Part shown: in pieces, positions 36,876 to 48,100 of the stretch | Layout: every line of letters starts with the position of its first letter | Numbering within the stretch: the stretch's first letter is position 1 | Source of the DNA: Patescibacteria group bacterium | GTDB taxonomy: Bacteria > Patescibacteriota > Patescibacteriia > JAXHNJ01 | Reading direction: 5' to 3' | DNA length: 64,000 nt | NCBI GenBank assembly: GCA_041649715.1 | Contig: JBAZMP010000001.1 | Span: 146,741-210,740, forward strand | The notes under the pieces: generated by a model | Database searches by the model: none | Told to the model about the DNA's origin: nothing | Seen by the model: the letters and a program-made list of their open reading frames with translations, nothing else | Made by a program: the position numbers and the translations under genes

Positions 36876-39338
36876 ATGAATAATGGTTATCGTCCGCGGG
36901 AAATCGAAAAAAAATGGCAAGAATTATGGGCTGACGGAAAATTATCCGCCGCCTCCGACAAGAAAAAAAATAAATACTATTGTTTGATTGAGTTTCCCTA
37001 CCCTTCCGGCGATGGTCTGCATGTCGGGCATCTAAGGAGTTATACGGCTTTGGATATTGTCGCCCGGAAAAAAAGAATGGAAGGCAGGGACGTTTTATTT
37101 CCTATCGGTTTTGACTCTTTCGGCCTGCCCACGGAAAATTACGCCATAAAAGTCAAAAGAAAACCGCAGGCTATAACGCGCGAAAATATCGTCAATTTTA
37201 CCCGGCAGCTGAAAGCCATGGGCTTTTCTTTTGATTGGAGCCGGGCGGTTGACACCTCCGACCCGAAATATTATAAATGGACCCAGTGGATTTTTTTGCA
37301 ACTGTACAAAGCCGGTCTGGTTTACCAGAAAGAAATGCCGATCAATTGGTGTCCTGCCTGCAAGATCGGTCTGGCGAACGAAGAAGTGGTGGGTGGCAAA
37401 TGCGAACGTTGCGGTTCGGCCGTAACCAAGAAAAATCAGAAACAATGGCTTTTTAAAATCACTAAATATGCCGATCGTCTTATCTCCGATCTGGACAAAG
37501 TTGATTATCTGGAAAAAATCAAGCGGCAGCAGATAAATTGGATCGGCCGGTCAGAAGGAGCTAACGTTAAATTCCAAATCACAAGCACCAAATCCCAAAT
37601 AAATTCTAAATCTCAAATTCAAAACTCCAAACAAATTATTGAAGTGTTTACCACTAGGCCAGACACTCTTTACGGCGTGACTTACGTGGTTTTGTCGCCG
37701 GAACATGAACTTATTAAGAATTTAAAAAAGAGGATTGATAATTATCCGGAGGTAAAAACGTATATTGAAAGCGCGGCTAAAAAGTCAGATTTAGAAAGAA
37801 CGGAAAGCAAAGAAAAAACCGGCGTGGAATTAAAAGGAATTAAAGCCATAAATCCGGTTAATCAGGAGGAAATTCCCATTTTTGTAGCGGATTATGTTTT
37901 AACCGGTTATGGGACAGGTGCCATTATGGCCGTGCCGGGGCATGACGAGCGGGATTTTGAATTCGCAAAAAAGTATAATCTTGAGATTAGAATTGTGATA
38001 TTACCGTCAGTAGGTAAGAACGAAAAAGAGTTATTTGCTCAGCGAGAGGAAATCAAGAATAAAAATGAGTGTTTTTGCGGAATTGGCAATTTGATTAATT
38101 CGGGCGGGTACAACGGCTTTAATTCAGTGCGAGCGAGTGAAAAAATAACAGATTGGCTGCAAAATAACAGTTTCGGCAGAAAAGCCGTCAATTACAAGCT
38201 TCGCGACTGGATTTTTTCCCGCCAGCATTATTGGGGCGAGCCGATCCCTTTAATTCATTGTGAAAGATGCGGAGAGGTTCCTGTACCGGAAAAAGACTTG
38301 CCGGTAGAATTACCCGATGTTAAGGAATACGAGCCGACTAATACCGGTGAGTCACCACTGGCTAAAATTACCGATTGGGTGAATACAAAGTGTCCGCAGT
38401 GCGGCGGGAAGGCCTTGCGCGAGACTGATACCATGCCCAACTGGGCCGGTTCAAACTGGTATTTCATCCGTTATTGCGATCCGCATAATGACAAGGCTTT
38501 TGCCGACATGAAAAAGATGAAGCACTGGCTGCCGGTGGATTTGTACAACGGCGGTATGGAGCATACCACTCTGCATCTTTTATATTCCCGCTTCTGGTAC
38601 AAAGCCTTATATGATTTAAAACTGGTGCCGACAGACGAGCCCTATCAAAAGCGGGTTTCCCACGGTATGGTTTTGGCGGAAGACGGACAGAAAATGTCCA
38701 AGTCGCGCGGCAATGTCATTAATCCCGATACGGTGGTTAAGGAATTCGGGGCGGACGCGGTCAGGCTTTATGAAATGTTTATGGGGCCTTTTGACCAGGC
38801 GATCAACTGGTCAGCCGACGGTTTGCGGGGGACAAAAAGATTTTTGGATAAAATTTTCAAGATTTTTTCTGAAAATAAGAAAGGTGAAACAAGCGCCGCT
38901 TTACATAAAACAATTAAGAAAGTAACGGAAGATATCGATAATTTGAGATTTAATACCGCAGTTTCCTCGCTCATGATTTTAGTAAATGAAATATCAGAAA
39001 AAGGCGCGGATAAAAACACATGGGAAAAATTTTTAGTTATCCTTTCGCCTTTTGCTCCTCATCTGGCCGAAGAACTCTGGGAGAAATTAGGGCATAAACA
39101 GTCTGTTTTTAAAGAAAAATGGCCTTCTTTTGACCCAAAACTGGTTAAAGACGAAGAAGTGGAATTTATTATTCAGGTTAATGGTAAATTGCGCGATAGA
39201 TTAAAATTGCCAATTGATATTTCGGAAAACGAAGCAAAAGAAAAAGCCTTGAACTCCGAGAAAGTCAAAAAATACGTGTCAGGCGAGCCGAAAAAAGTAA
39301 TATTCGTCAAAGGAAGATTAATTAATTTTGTCGTTTAA
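36876..39338 (+). CDS. leuS: Leucine--tRNA ligase
   Basis: FPYPSG.GLHVGH, FTTRPDT, YGTGAIMAVP.HD.RD, KMSKS. Confidence 0.98.
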   Translation: MNNGYRPREIEKKWQELWADGKLSAASDKKKNKYYCLIEFPYPSGDGLHVGHLRSYTALDIVARKKRMEGRDVLFPIGFDSFGLPTENYAIKVKRKPQAITRENIVNFTRQLKAMGFSFDWSRAVDTSDPKYYKWTQWIFLQLYKAGLVYQKEMPINWCPACKIGLANEEVVGGKCERCGSAVTKKNQKQWLFKITKYADRLISDLDKVDYLEKIKRQQINWIGRSEGANVKFQITSTKSQINSKSQIQNSKQIIEVFTTRPDTLYGVTYVVLSPEHELIKNLKKRIDNYPEVKTYIESAAKKSDLERTESKEKTGVELKGIKAINPVNQEEIPIFVADYVLTGYGTGAIMAVPGHDERDFEFAKKYNLEIRIVILPSVGKNEKELFAQREEIKNKNECFCGIGNLINSGGYNGFNSVRASEKITDWLQNNSFGRKAVNYKLRDWIFSRQHYWGEPIPLIHCERCGEVPVPEKDLPVELPDVKEYEPTNTGESPLAKITDWVNTKCPQCGGKALRETDTMPNWAGSNWYFIRYCDPHNDKAFADMKKMKHWLPVDLYNGGMEHTTLHLLYSRFWYKALYDLKLVPTDEPYQKRVSHGMVLAEDGQKMSKSRGNVINPDTVVKEFGADAVRLYEMFMGPFDQAINWSADGLRGTKRFLDKIFKIFSENKKGETSAALHKTIKKVTEDIDNLRFNTAVSSLMILVNEISEKGADKNTWEKFLVILSPFAPHLAEELWEKLGHKQSVFKEKWPSFDPKLVKDEEVEFIIQVNGKLRDRLKLPIDISENEAKEKALNSEKVKKYVSGEPKKVIFVKGRLINFVV
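37569..37632 (+). repeat. Heptamer-repeat tract inserted in frame in leuS
   Basis: AAATTCC AAATCAC AAGCACC AAATCCC AAAT AAATTCT AAATCTC AAATTCA AAACTCC AAAC. Confidence 0.8.
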
Positions 39339-39340
39339 CG

Positions 39341-39946
39341 ATGGCTGATAATATTATTCTCAATGATAAAATATATAATTTAATCGACAATGATTTACCC
39401 TGTCTTGTCGTTTATAGCGAAAAGGCCGGCGGCTCTCACTTTACCGTGACCATGATTACCGATCTATTTTTACAGGGAAAAAAGATACTGTTTTTGACGG
39501 CTTATCCGATGGCAAAGGATAATTTTTTAGAACAAATAAAAGATTTTTTTGGTAAAACCATTTATATTACCGATAAAAAACAGCTTGACGATACGCCAGG
39601 GATCATTATAGAGAGCGGAAACGAGGAATTATTTTTGGAAGCCTTGAAATTACTGCCGGACATTAAGGAGCGGATTATTCTGATCAAAAACATGGAAGTA
39701 TTTAGCCAGACTGTTTTTGATGCCTGCCTTGATTTTCCGAATCTTATCCTTTCCGGGGATATTGACAAGTGTGTCGCTAAGGAGCAAATCATTAAAAAGG
39801 TTTACAAAACTATTGTCGTTTTTTCCAAGCCTCAAATTAAACTAGGTTTTGAAATTCCCGCGCTTGAAAAATACGTCGGTTATTGGTGGAACCAAGACAA
39901 TAAAGGTTTAGTGAAAATAAAGATGGGAGAAAGAAAGATTAATTAA
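39341..39946 (+). CDS. Hypothetical protein, possibly a degenerate P-loop/RecA-like fold
   Basis: CLVVYSEKAGGSHF...GKKILFLT strand-loop-helix pattern without GKT. Confidence 0.55.
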   Translation: MADNIILNDKIYNLIDNDLPCLVVYSEKAGGSHFTVTMITDLFLQGKKILFLTAYPMAKDNFLEQIKDFFGKTIYITDKKQLDDTPGIIIESGNEELFLEALKLLPDIKERIILIKNMEVFSQTVFDACLDFPNLILSGDIDKCVAKEQIIKKVYKTIVVFSKPQIKLGFEIPALEKYVGYWWNQDNKGLVKIKMGERKIN

Positions 39947-39964
39947 TTTTGTCGTTTAATTAAT

Positions 39965-40657
39965 ATGGAAGAAAGAGAACATGAATTAGGAAACAAGGAG
40001 GAATTGAAGGATGCTTTTGGCGTCGATTTGGAGCGGCGAAAAGAGATGATGGATCTGGATGCCGAACTAGTTGTCAGGCGATGCCTGAGAAAGAAGTTGC
40101 AGCCTCGTGAACTGCTGAAATTAAAATTTGACCCCACTGATCCATTTATGATCGGGCGTTACAGCGAAGAAAAAATTCATGAAACCCTGGAATCAGTCGA
40201 TAATCTCAGGGATTATGATCTTAAAGAAAAAACAGATTATGAGCAGGCCGTAGACGCGGTCGGCCTTATCTTTAATAATTTGGCGGAATTTGAGTTTGCC
40301 GATCAAGGACGGCTCAGGCATGCTTCAGAAGGAATAATGGAATCCATGAAAAATCAAAAAGAGGCTGGTATCCTCCAGTATGAACTTAGAAATAAAGATG
40401 GACACATATCGCTTATGATCCATGTGCCGCCCCAGGCGGAGAATTTAACCAGAGGAAAACTTAGAGAAGCGCGCCAAAGACTGGCTGAAGTGGTCAAAAA
40501 CGATGTATCAATTGAAGAAATCGAAGGCAGCTCCTTGCTGCTTGAGCATCCCCTTGTCAGAAAATTGGGTTTTGAAATTGACCAGGAATCGGATGAGGGT
40601 TTTACTCCCAATTTTCATATGGCGAGAGAAGAATTTTTAGAAAGATTTACTCACTAA
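39965..40657 (+). CDS. Hypothetical protein
   Basis: 230-aa co-oriented ORF; the C-terminus (S.LL....VRKLGFE) is weakly GNAT-like. Confidence 0.65.
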   Translation: MEEREHELGNKEELKDAFGVDLERRKEMMDLDAELVVRRCLRKKLQPRELLKLKFDPTDPFMIGRYSEEKIHETLESVDNLRDYDLKEKTDYEQAVDAVGLIFNNLAEFEFADQGRLRHASEGIMESMKNQKEAGILQYELRNKDGHISLMIHVPPQAENLTRGKLREARQRLAEVVKNDVSIEEIEGSSLLLEHPLVRKLGFEIDQESDEGFTPNFHMAREEFLERFTH

Positions 40658-40660
40658 AAT

Positions 40661-41209
40661 ATGGATTTCTTTGAAACCATTTTAAAGCGCCATTCCGTCC
40701 GGGCTTATCTTTCTAAGCCAGTGGAGGAAAAGAAGCTTAAAAAAATCATGGGGGCCGGCCTCCATTCCGCCTCCGCCCATCACCGCCAGCCATATAAAGT
40801 TTTTGTGGTCAAGGAGAAGAAATTAAGGCAGGGGATTGTCAGGGCCAATCACCCGATTAATTTTTGGTTAAAAGAAGCGCCGGTTATCATGGTCATCTGC
40901 CTCGCCGGCGGGAAAAAAGAAGATAAAAAGTATCCGCTAATCGACGCCGGAATAATGTTGGCAAATATAATGCTGGCGGCCACGGCCCTGGGTTTAGGCT
41001 CCTGCGCCTGCGGGGCTTTCAAGGCAGAAAAAGTCAAAAAAATCCTAAAGTTATCCATCAATCTCAAGCCCATCATCTGTCTGCCTGTGGGTTATCCGCG
41101 AAATAAAAGAAAAAGAATGATTGATCTGTCCAAGGATTATGAAAAATTAAGCCGCGCCCTGCTTCATTACAAAGACAAGAAAATAGATGATATTTTTATT
41201 CCCCGATAA
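40661..41209 (+). CDS. Nitroreductase family protein
   Basis: RHSVRAY, SA..RQP, LAATALGLGSC, LPVGYP. Confidence 0.92.
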   Translation: MDFFETILKRHSVRAYLSKPVEEKKLKKIMGAGLHSASAHHRQPYKVFVVKEKKLRQGIVRANHPINFWLKEAPVIMVICLAGGKKEDKKYPLIDAGIMLANIMLAATALGLGSCACGAFKAEKVKKILKLSINLKPIICLPVGYPRNKRKRMIDLSKDYEKLSRALLHYKDKKIDDIFIPR

Positions 41210-41215
41210 AACTAA

Positions 41216-41614
41216 ATGAAAAGAACGATAATAACGATAATAATTTTAACCTTCTCCTTATTTATCATCGGTTGTCAAGAAGAGACGTCGGTTATTAATA
41301 ATACGAATCCGTCGAATTCAGCCGCCCGTGATTTAGACGAGGTAAAAGAGCCGATTTTTTTCTACAGCAATGGCTGCGGCCATTGCCAGAAGGTAAAGGA
41401 ATACATCGCTGAAAATAATATTAAAAATGCCGTGTCTTACCGTGAAGTGGAGGCCTTTGCCACCCAAGAAAATTTGGACCTATTCAACGAAAAATCGGCC
41501 GCCTGCGGTATCGCGGAAAATGAACGGGGCGTGCCCCTGGTTTTTGAGAATGGTGAATGTTATTTCGGTCAATTTGAAGCGATAGATTTTTTTAAGAAAA
41601 AAGCCGGTCTTTAA
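41216..41614 (+). CDS. Thioredoxin/glutaredoxin-fold lipoprotein
   Basis: Lipobox IIGC; FYS.GCGHC; GVP. Confidence 0.82.
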   Translation: MKRTIITIIILTFSLFIIGCQEETSVINNTNPSNSAARDLDEVKEPIFFYSNGCGHCQKVKEYIAENNIKNAVSYREVEAFATQENLDLFNEKSAACGIAENERGVPLVFENGECYFGQFEAIDFFKKKAGL

Positions 41615-41624
41615 ACCCAAAAAA

Positions 41625-42200
41625 TTGGAAATCATAAAGCGAAAAGCTAAAAATTTCTGGCCGAAGGTCATTGCGGTCTTAAAAAACAAGGGCGTGATTG
41701 TTTTTCCCACGGACACCGCTTATGGGCTGGGCGCCGATTTTCTCTCAAACCGGGCCATAAATAATATTTATCGGATAAAAAACCGGCCGAAGTCAAAAAA
41801 AATCGGGCTCGTGGCCGCTTCGCTTAAGCAGATAAAAAAATTTTTCCGCCTTAATCCCAAGGAATTATCTTTGGCAAAAAAACACTGGCCCGGGCCGCTG
41901 ACCATTATCCTGCCCTTAAAAAACAAAAAAATAAAATTAGGCGTGCGGGTGCCCAGACTGGCCTTGGCCAGGCAAATTTGCGGGCGTTACGGCCGGCCTC
42001 TAACCGCTACTTCCGCCAATATCGCCGGAGAAAATGAGAGCTACGCTCCAAGCGAAGTTTTAAAACAATTTCGCCGCCGGAAATATCAGCCCGACCTGCT
42101 GATAGACGCCGGCCGGTTAAAAAAAGAAAAACCCTCCACCTTGATTGTCTGTAAAAATAATCAAATAAAAACAATAAGACCGGGTCCCATAAAAATATGA
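41625..42200 (+). CDS. tsaC: L-threonylcarbamoyladenylate synthase (Sua5/YrdC)
   Basis: FPTDTAYGL, K.RP..K, WPGPLT, TSAN. Confidence 0.93.
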   Translation: MEIIKRKAKNFWPKVIAVLKNKGVIVFPTDTAYGLGADFLSNRAINNIYRIKNRPKSKKIGLVAASLKQIKKFFRLNPKELSLAKKHWPGPLTIILPLKNKKIKLGVRVPRLALARQICGRYGRPLTATSANIAGENESYAPSEVLKQFRRRKYQPDLLIDAGRLKKEKPSTLIVCKNNQIKTIRPGPIKI

Positions 42201-43357
42201 ATTTAAAAATGATCAGTTATAACGTTTCCCACTATTTTTCCAAGAGAGTGCCGCGGCAGCTCGAAGAACTTTACGCCTCCGTGGCCATCATGGATTTTGC
42301 CATTTCTTCCATCGCCATTTTTGAGCCGATTTACTTGTGGAAAATCGGCTACTCCCTGCAAAGCATCCTCATTTTTTATTTGATGGTTTACGGTCTTTAT
42401 TTTTTGCTGGTTCCCCTGGGCGGCAAATTAATCGGCCTTATCGGCTATGAGCGGACTATTTTATACAGCTGTTTTTTTCTCATCTTCTTCTACTTGAGCC
42501 TGTTTTTAATCCCTCATCATCCGGTTTTCTTACTCCTGGCGGTTTTTATGTATGCCATGCAAAAAAGTCTGTATTGGCCGGCTTATCACGGGGATTTCGC
42601 CGAATATTCGCAAAAAGAAGACCGGGGCAAAGAAACGGCCGGGCTGATGGATATTTCTCTGGTCGTTTGCGTCTTTGGGCCCTTGGCCGGGGGTTTTATT
42701 ATCAAATTCTTCGGGTTTAACGCCTTATTTTTCATTGTTTCCCTCTTGATCCTTATTTCGAACATCCCGCTGATGGTAACCAAGGAAGAATTCAAAAAAG
42801 TCGGGTTTCCCTATTTATCAACCTATAAAATGATCTTAAAAAAAGAAAATGTTAAAAGCTTCCTGGCCTACCTGGGTTTCGGCGAGGAATTGATCGTGAT
42901 GGTGGTCTGGCCGATTTTTATATACTTGGTGATAAAAGATTTTCTTACTCTGGGTGGCCTGGTCGCTTTATCCACTCTGGTGACGAGCCTGTTGATTCTT
43001 TATATCGGTAAACTGACGGATAATAAAGATAAAAAGAAATTGATCAGGACCGGTTCGGTTTTTTATTCCGCGGCCTGGTTCATCCGTCTTTTAGCCGTCA
43101 GCGGCTTTCACGTTTTTTTTATTGATGCTTTTTCGCGCATATTCAAAAGCGTAATTTATGTGCCGGTCGTGACCACCACTTATGACCGGGCGAACAAGTC
43201 CGATATCGTCAGGACGGTTGTTTTTTTTGAACAAAGCCTGGCTTTAGGCAAAGTAATCGCCTGTCTTATCGCCTACTTTCTCCTTTTCTTTTTCAGCGGC
43301 TGGACCGCCGCCTTCGTGATTGCCGGCTTGATGACCTTTCTCTACGTGCTGTTATAA
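42197..43357 (+). CDS. MFS transporter
   Basis: About 12 TM; GPLAGGFI; GKLTD...KK. Confidence 0.85.
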   Translation: MNLKMISYNVSHYFSKRVPRQLEELYASVAIMDFAISSIAIFEPIYLWKIGYSLQSILIFYLMVYGLYFLLVPLGGKLIGLIGYERTILYSCFFLIFFYLSLFLIPHHPVFLLLAVFMYAMQKSLYWPAYHGDFAEYSQKEDRGKETAGLMDISLVVCVFGPLAGGFIIKFFGFNALFFIVSLLILISNIPLMVTKEEFKKVGFPYLSTYKMILKKENVKSFLAYLGFGEELIVMVVWPIFIYLVIKDFLTLGGLVALSTLVTSLLILYIGKLTDNKDKKKLIRTGSVFYSAAWFIRLLAVSGFHVFFIDAFSRIFKSVIYVPVVTTTYDRANKSDIVRTVVFFEQSLALGKVIACLIAYFLLFFFSGWTAAFVIAGLMTFLYVLL

Positions 43358-43368
43358 TAAATATTTGC

Positions 43369-44211
43369 ATGCTAAATTTATCAAAAGAGCTTATTCAGAC
43401 ACTTTGTCGTAAGATCGGTTTTTACCCTCGGCGTTCGTCGGGGCAGAATTTTTTGTATAATCAGGATACAATCCGGAAAATTTTGGACGAGTCGGACCTG
43501 TCGAAAGACGACATTATACTGGAGATCGGGCCAGGCCTCGGTTTTTTAACAGAAATGATAGCGACCCGGGCAAAAAAGCTGGTCGCCGTAGAGCTGGATA
43601 GGCGTTTAGCCGGCTTTTTGAAGGATAAGCTGTCCGCCTACAAAAATACGGAAGTGATCCGGGCGGATATATTTGAAATCGATTTAAAAAAACATTTCAA
43701 GGATAACGAATATAAACTGATCGCCAATCTGCCTTATAATATCACTTCTCTTGTCTTAAGAAATTTTTTGGCCCTGCCGCCGCGGCCCAGAGAAATGCTA
43801 CTGCTGGTACAGAAAGAAGTGGCGGAAAGAATTTGTGCTCGCCCCGGGGAAATGAGCCTCCTTTCTCTGGTTTGCCAGTATTATTCTTCGCCCCGGATCA
43901 TTAAAAATATCGGACGGGAAAATTTCTGGCCGGAACCCAAGGTTGATACCTGTTTGATCAAGTTGAAAAATATCGGAGCAAGAAGTAAGATGGCGGGGGG
44001 AGAAAGAGCTTTTTTTAAACTGATTAAGGTCGGTTTTAGCGCCAAAAGAAAGAAATTAACCAATAATTTAAAGAATGGGTTAGGAATTTCCGCTGAAATT
44101 AGCCAAAAAGCCCTAAAAAAACAAAATCTTGACCCGCAAATCAGACCGCAACAACTCTCTTTGGAAAATTGGCTGTTGTTAAGCAAATATTTCTTTGACA
44201 TTTTGATTTAA
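43369..44211 (+). CDS. rsmA: 16S rRNA m6,2A dimethyltransferase
   Basis: GQNFL, LEIGPGLG.LT, ANLPYNIT, QKEVAER, P.PKVD. Confidence 0.96.
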   Translation: MLNLSKELIQTLCRKIGFYPRRSSGQNFLYNQDTIRKILDESDLSKDDIILEIGPGLGFLTEMIATRAKKLVAVELDRRLAGFLKDKLSAYKNTEVIRADIFEIDLKKHFKDNEYKLIANLPYNITSLVLRNFLALPPRPREMLLLVQKEVAERICARPGEMSLLSLVCQYYSSPRIIKNIGRENFWPEPKVDTCLIKLKNIGARSKMAGGERAFFKLIKVGFSAKRKKLTNNLKNGLGISAEISQKALKKQNLDPQIRPQQLSLENWLLLSKYFFDILI

Positions 44212-44223
44212 ATGTGCTATAAT
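44195..44223 (+). promoter_or_regulatory. Consensus sigma70 promoter overlapping the rsmA 3' end, upstream of the surface-protein cluster
   Basis: TTGACA-N17-TATAAT. Confidence 0.75.
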
Positions 44224-44258
44224 TGATAGGTCTAATACTGTTATTTTCGTCAAAAATA

Positions 44259-45131
44259 ATGCCTGATATAATTCGGCAAAATCCCCCTGATTCAAGCCCC
44301 GATAAAGGCGACCGGCCCGATAAGATAAATGAAAGGAAAATTTTTGCCTTGGTGGGTTTAATAGGTGTCGTGGCTCTTTTTTTAGGATTTATGCAGCTTT
44401 TGCAACAGATAAGAAGTCCTTTCTTACCCGAGGATGTGACTTTAAGCAATGCCGCCCTTCTTACCAACGAACAGTTAAGCGAGATAAACAATTTAAGATC
44501 GGCTGATACCGACGGTGACGGACTTTTCGACTATGACGAACTTTATGTTCATAACACCAGCCCTTATCTTAAAGATTCGGATTCGGACGGCATTTCTGAC
44601 AAGGAAGAGGTTACAAACGGCACCGATCCGAATTGTCCGTCCGGCCAGGATTGCACCGGTTCTTCCAATACCAATAGCGTTAAGACAAATTCAAGTTCTG
44701 CCGGCCAAAATAACACCAATTCTGGGCTCTTAGCCGGCAACATGTCCGCGGATACTTTGCGCGTAACTTTGAAAAACGCCGGCGTGCCGCAGAGTGTTCT
44801 GGACGGCACGAGCGACGAAGACTTACTGGCCGTCTACAATCAGACGATCAGCGAAACGAAGAATGCCAACACAAATTCCAGCGTAAGCGCGAACAATAAT
44901 CTTAATATCAATTTGAACACTAATACGGCCGCTGATACCAATATATCTGTCAGTGATTTAAACAGCGCCCTGCAAGATCTTACGCCGGCCGAAATCAGAG
45001 AGCTGCTGACGGAATACGGTTTGGAAGAAAGCATGCTTAATAACGTGGATGACGACACTTTGCAGGCGATCTTTCTTCAGGCGATGGCCGAGCAAGAGCA
45101 GACTGAAACGAACACCAATATAAACCAATAA
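44259..45131 (+). CDS. Membrane-anchored protein with Ca-binding (TSP3-like) DxDxDG repeats
   Basis: One TM; DTDGDGLFDYDE, DSDSDGISDKEE..GTDP. Confidence 0.8.
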   Translation: MPDIIRQNPPDSSPDKGDRPDKINERKIFALVGLIGVVALFLGFMQLLQQIRSPFLPEDVTLSNAALLTNEQLSEINNLRSADTDGDGLFDYDELYVHNTSPYLKDSDSDGISDKEEVTNGTDPNCPSGQDCTGSSNTNSVKTNSSSAGQNNTNSGLLAGNMSADTLRVTLKNAGVPQSVLDGTSDEDLLAVYNQTISETKNANTNSSVSANNNLNINLNTNTAADTNISVSDLNSALQDLTPAEIRELLTEYGLEESMLNNVDDDTLQAIFLQAMAEQEQTETNTNINQ

Positions 45132-45137
45132 TTTAAT

Positions 45138-48100
45138 ATGCCCCGTTCACCCGTGGGTAAAAACAAGAAAAAGCAAACAATCAGTAGCTATTTTATGCTA
45201 CTTTTTTTTGTGTCCGTCATTGTGATCCCCTTCTTGCTTAAGCCGGAAAGAGCCGACGCGCAAATGGTCGATCCGACCGGCTGGCCGCGGACGATTTTTA
45301 CGGAAATAAAACAAGCCTACCGCTGGGTTAAGGATAATATTTATAACAAGCTCCAGGGCACGCTGAAAGAGGCGGCGGCCGTCGCTTTTAAGAATTCAAT
45401 GAAGGTATTTTTCGGCCGGCTCGCCGAAGATACGGCTGTTTGGCTGGCTTCGGCCGGCACCGGCCAAAAACCGCTTTTTTTGTCCGATCCCGGGCAATAC
45501 TTTAAAGATGTGGGCGACGCCGCTTTGGGTGACGCCCTTTATACTTTAGGCGCCAACACTTTCGGGGTCAATGTCTGCGAGCCGGACCTTTCGGCCAAGA
45601 TCAGCATCACTTTCGCCTTGGGAAAAACCTTTAATCCTTCGACCTGGTGCCAAGATTCCTGCCGGAGCACAAACAGTACGCAGAGCAAGGCGGTAAGTGC
45701 CAAATATATCATGACCTCCGATATGACCGAAGAACAAAAAGAGCGGACGATTGATTATTTTAAGGCGTTTGATTCGGAGGCAGGAATAGAAAATTTTAAA
45801 GATCTTAAGCCGGGGTCTTTCATCTGTCCGGTCACTTGCCCGACGGGCATAGGCAGAATGGGATTTATTCCAAATTGTTCGAACCCAGCCTATGCCGACG
45901 AGGGAGGAACGCCTCTCAATACCGAACGGGTTAATCTTCAGGCTTGTATCACGACTATGCAGTTTTTGTACGACTCCGAGTTACAAAAATCGCAGACGGA
46001 TTTGAACCTGTGCCTGCGTAACTGCACTAAGGGTGCCCGCAAGGCCCAATGTACGGCCTCCACTGTCCTGAAGAATGTCAAAAACTTGAAGGATCAAAAA
46101 ATAATAGGGACCCAGGTCGGTTTATATTTTCAGCCCGAACAGAACGATCTGGGCCAGCTTTTGACCCTGTATGGCGTGCTGCAAGAGAAAAAACAATCGG
46201 AAATTGATGCAGAAAGACTTTTGTACCAGAATCAGATCGGCCCCGTCACTTCAAAAGTGACCCGGGAAGTGCTGACTCCTTCCGAACTTGTCCAGGCGCG
46301 GGGAACGGTTTCTCTCCAGCAGGCGACGGCGACCGAAGAGGTTTACACCGGTTCTATCAAGGCCGATGTTGTTACCATATTCACCAATACTTTGATTAAT
46401 AAATTGATTCAGCGGTTTTACGGGGGCAAGTGCGCCCTCAACCCTTCGGCGGAAGCCTGCAAGGGTCCGTCTGGCGGTTCCAAATTGAGCCAGCTGATTT
46501 TTGGCGGCGGCGGGCCATCCGGCATCGCGGCGGCTAAACTGCAGTTCGCCTCTATTGCCAAGCTCAATTTTACCCGCGGTTCACCCGGCCAGGACCCGAT
46601 AGCCATCAATGACCTGGTCGCCAAGGGAATTGTTGATTCGGGTTTTCAAACGGCCATTGACCAGATGCTGACAGTCAAAGAAGCGATTGATAAAGGCCTG
46701 GTCGGCGGGACTTTTGGCTTTGACGTGGAAGGCCGCGAACCGAACCTTGATTCCGGCGTGCCCTACCAGACGATCGTCTATTTGCGCAAATATCGGGTGG
46801 TGCCCGTCGGCTGGGAACTGGCAGCCGAGTGGATAAGGGATCATCCGCAGAACATCACTTTAGAAAAACTGGTCAGCGAAGAATTCAGCCGTTGCGACTC
46901 GGACAAGCATTTTTGCAGCAATAATAATACGAGAAGCTGTCAGGCGGACAGTGATTGTTACGACGAAAATATTTACCCGGCCTGCACTGGCAATAGCCAG
47001 TGTCCCGGACAGATCTGTTTGTCGGCGACCGAAGGGGCTAAATCGGTTTGCTACGACAGTTGTGATCCGGACGTGCCACCCGAGGATCTTCCCTGCGGCG
47101 ACGGCCGGGAGTGCCGGACGACGGCGACCGGCACCGGTTACTGCGTGAGAACGGATGAACCTTTTTGCCAGCCGGAAAGCGGCGTTTCGCCTTTTTGCGG
47201 CCTGGTGGATCCGAACTGGGTCTTAAAGATGCCGGAAACTTATTGCGAGAAAAGAGGCGCTTCGGATACTATCCTGGCCAAGGATTTTATCTGCGATGAG
47301 GACACCAACGGCGACGAAAAAGTGGATTGTAATAACGGAGATATCGGTCATTGGCAGATCAGTCGCGACTCCGAGACTTGCGTGGACGAAGTGGCGTGTT
47401 TGAAGGAAGACAGTCAGGGTAAATGCCAAGCTTACGGCTATTGTTTCGAGGAAAAACCTATCTGGCGTTTCAACGGCGACGAATGTTCTCGCGTCTATGC
47501 CTCCTGCCAGAGTTATACGGCGGCGGACGGCTCCACGGTTTCCTATTTAAAAAATACTTTAGATACCAATGGTTGTGACGCGACCAATGCCGGCTGCCGC
47601 TGGTACTGCGCCGAGCCGGCTTATGACACGGCGACCGGCCAGTGGTCTTGCACCCGCGATAACGCGAGCAACAAGATACGCTTTGACCGCGATGTCGCCG
47701 AGTGCGATGAAACCGAAGTCGGCTGCCAGGAATATATCACTACCGGCGAAAGCAGCGGCGCTAATATTTTTGCCAACAGCAGCTTCGAATACTATACCGT
47801 CCAAATTGATGACGGCGTTCCTGATTTATACTCGGATTACACCCCGGGCTATCCGAGCGTGTGGGTAGGTAATCAAAACATTCTTTCGCCGTGTGGCGCG
47901 GCGGCGGAAGCGGTGAGCGACGCTTATACCGGCGGAGCCGCCCTCAAGCTTACTTGGCGAGACACTTGCTCCGCGACAGACTCCGGCCATTACATGGTAC
48001 TGAACGACATTAACACCGGCCACTCGGTGTTGAATCGGACTTTCACTTTTTCTTTTTACGCCAAAGCGGATGCGGCTACGGTATTGACTGTTAACGCCAG

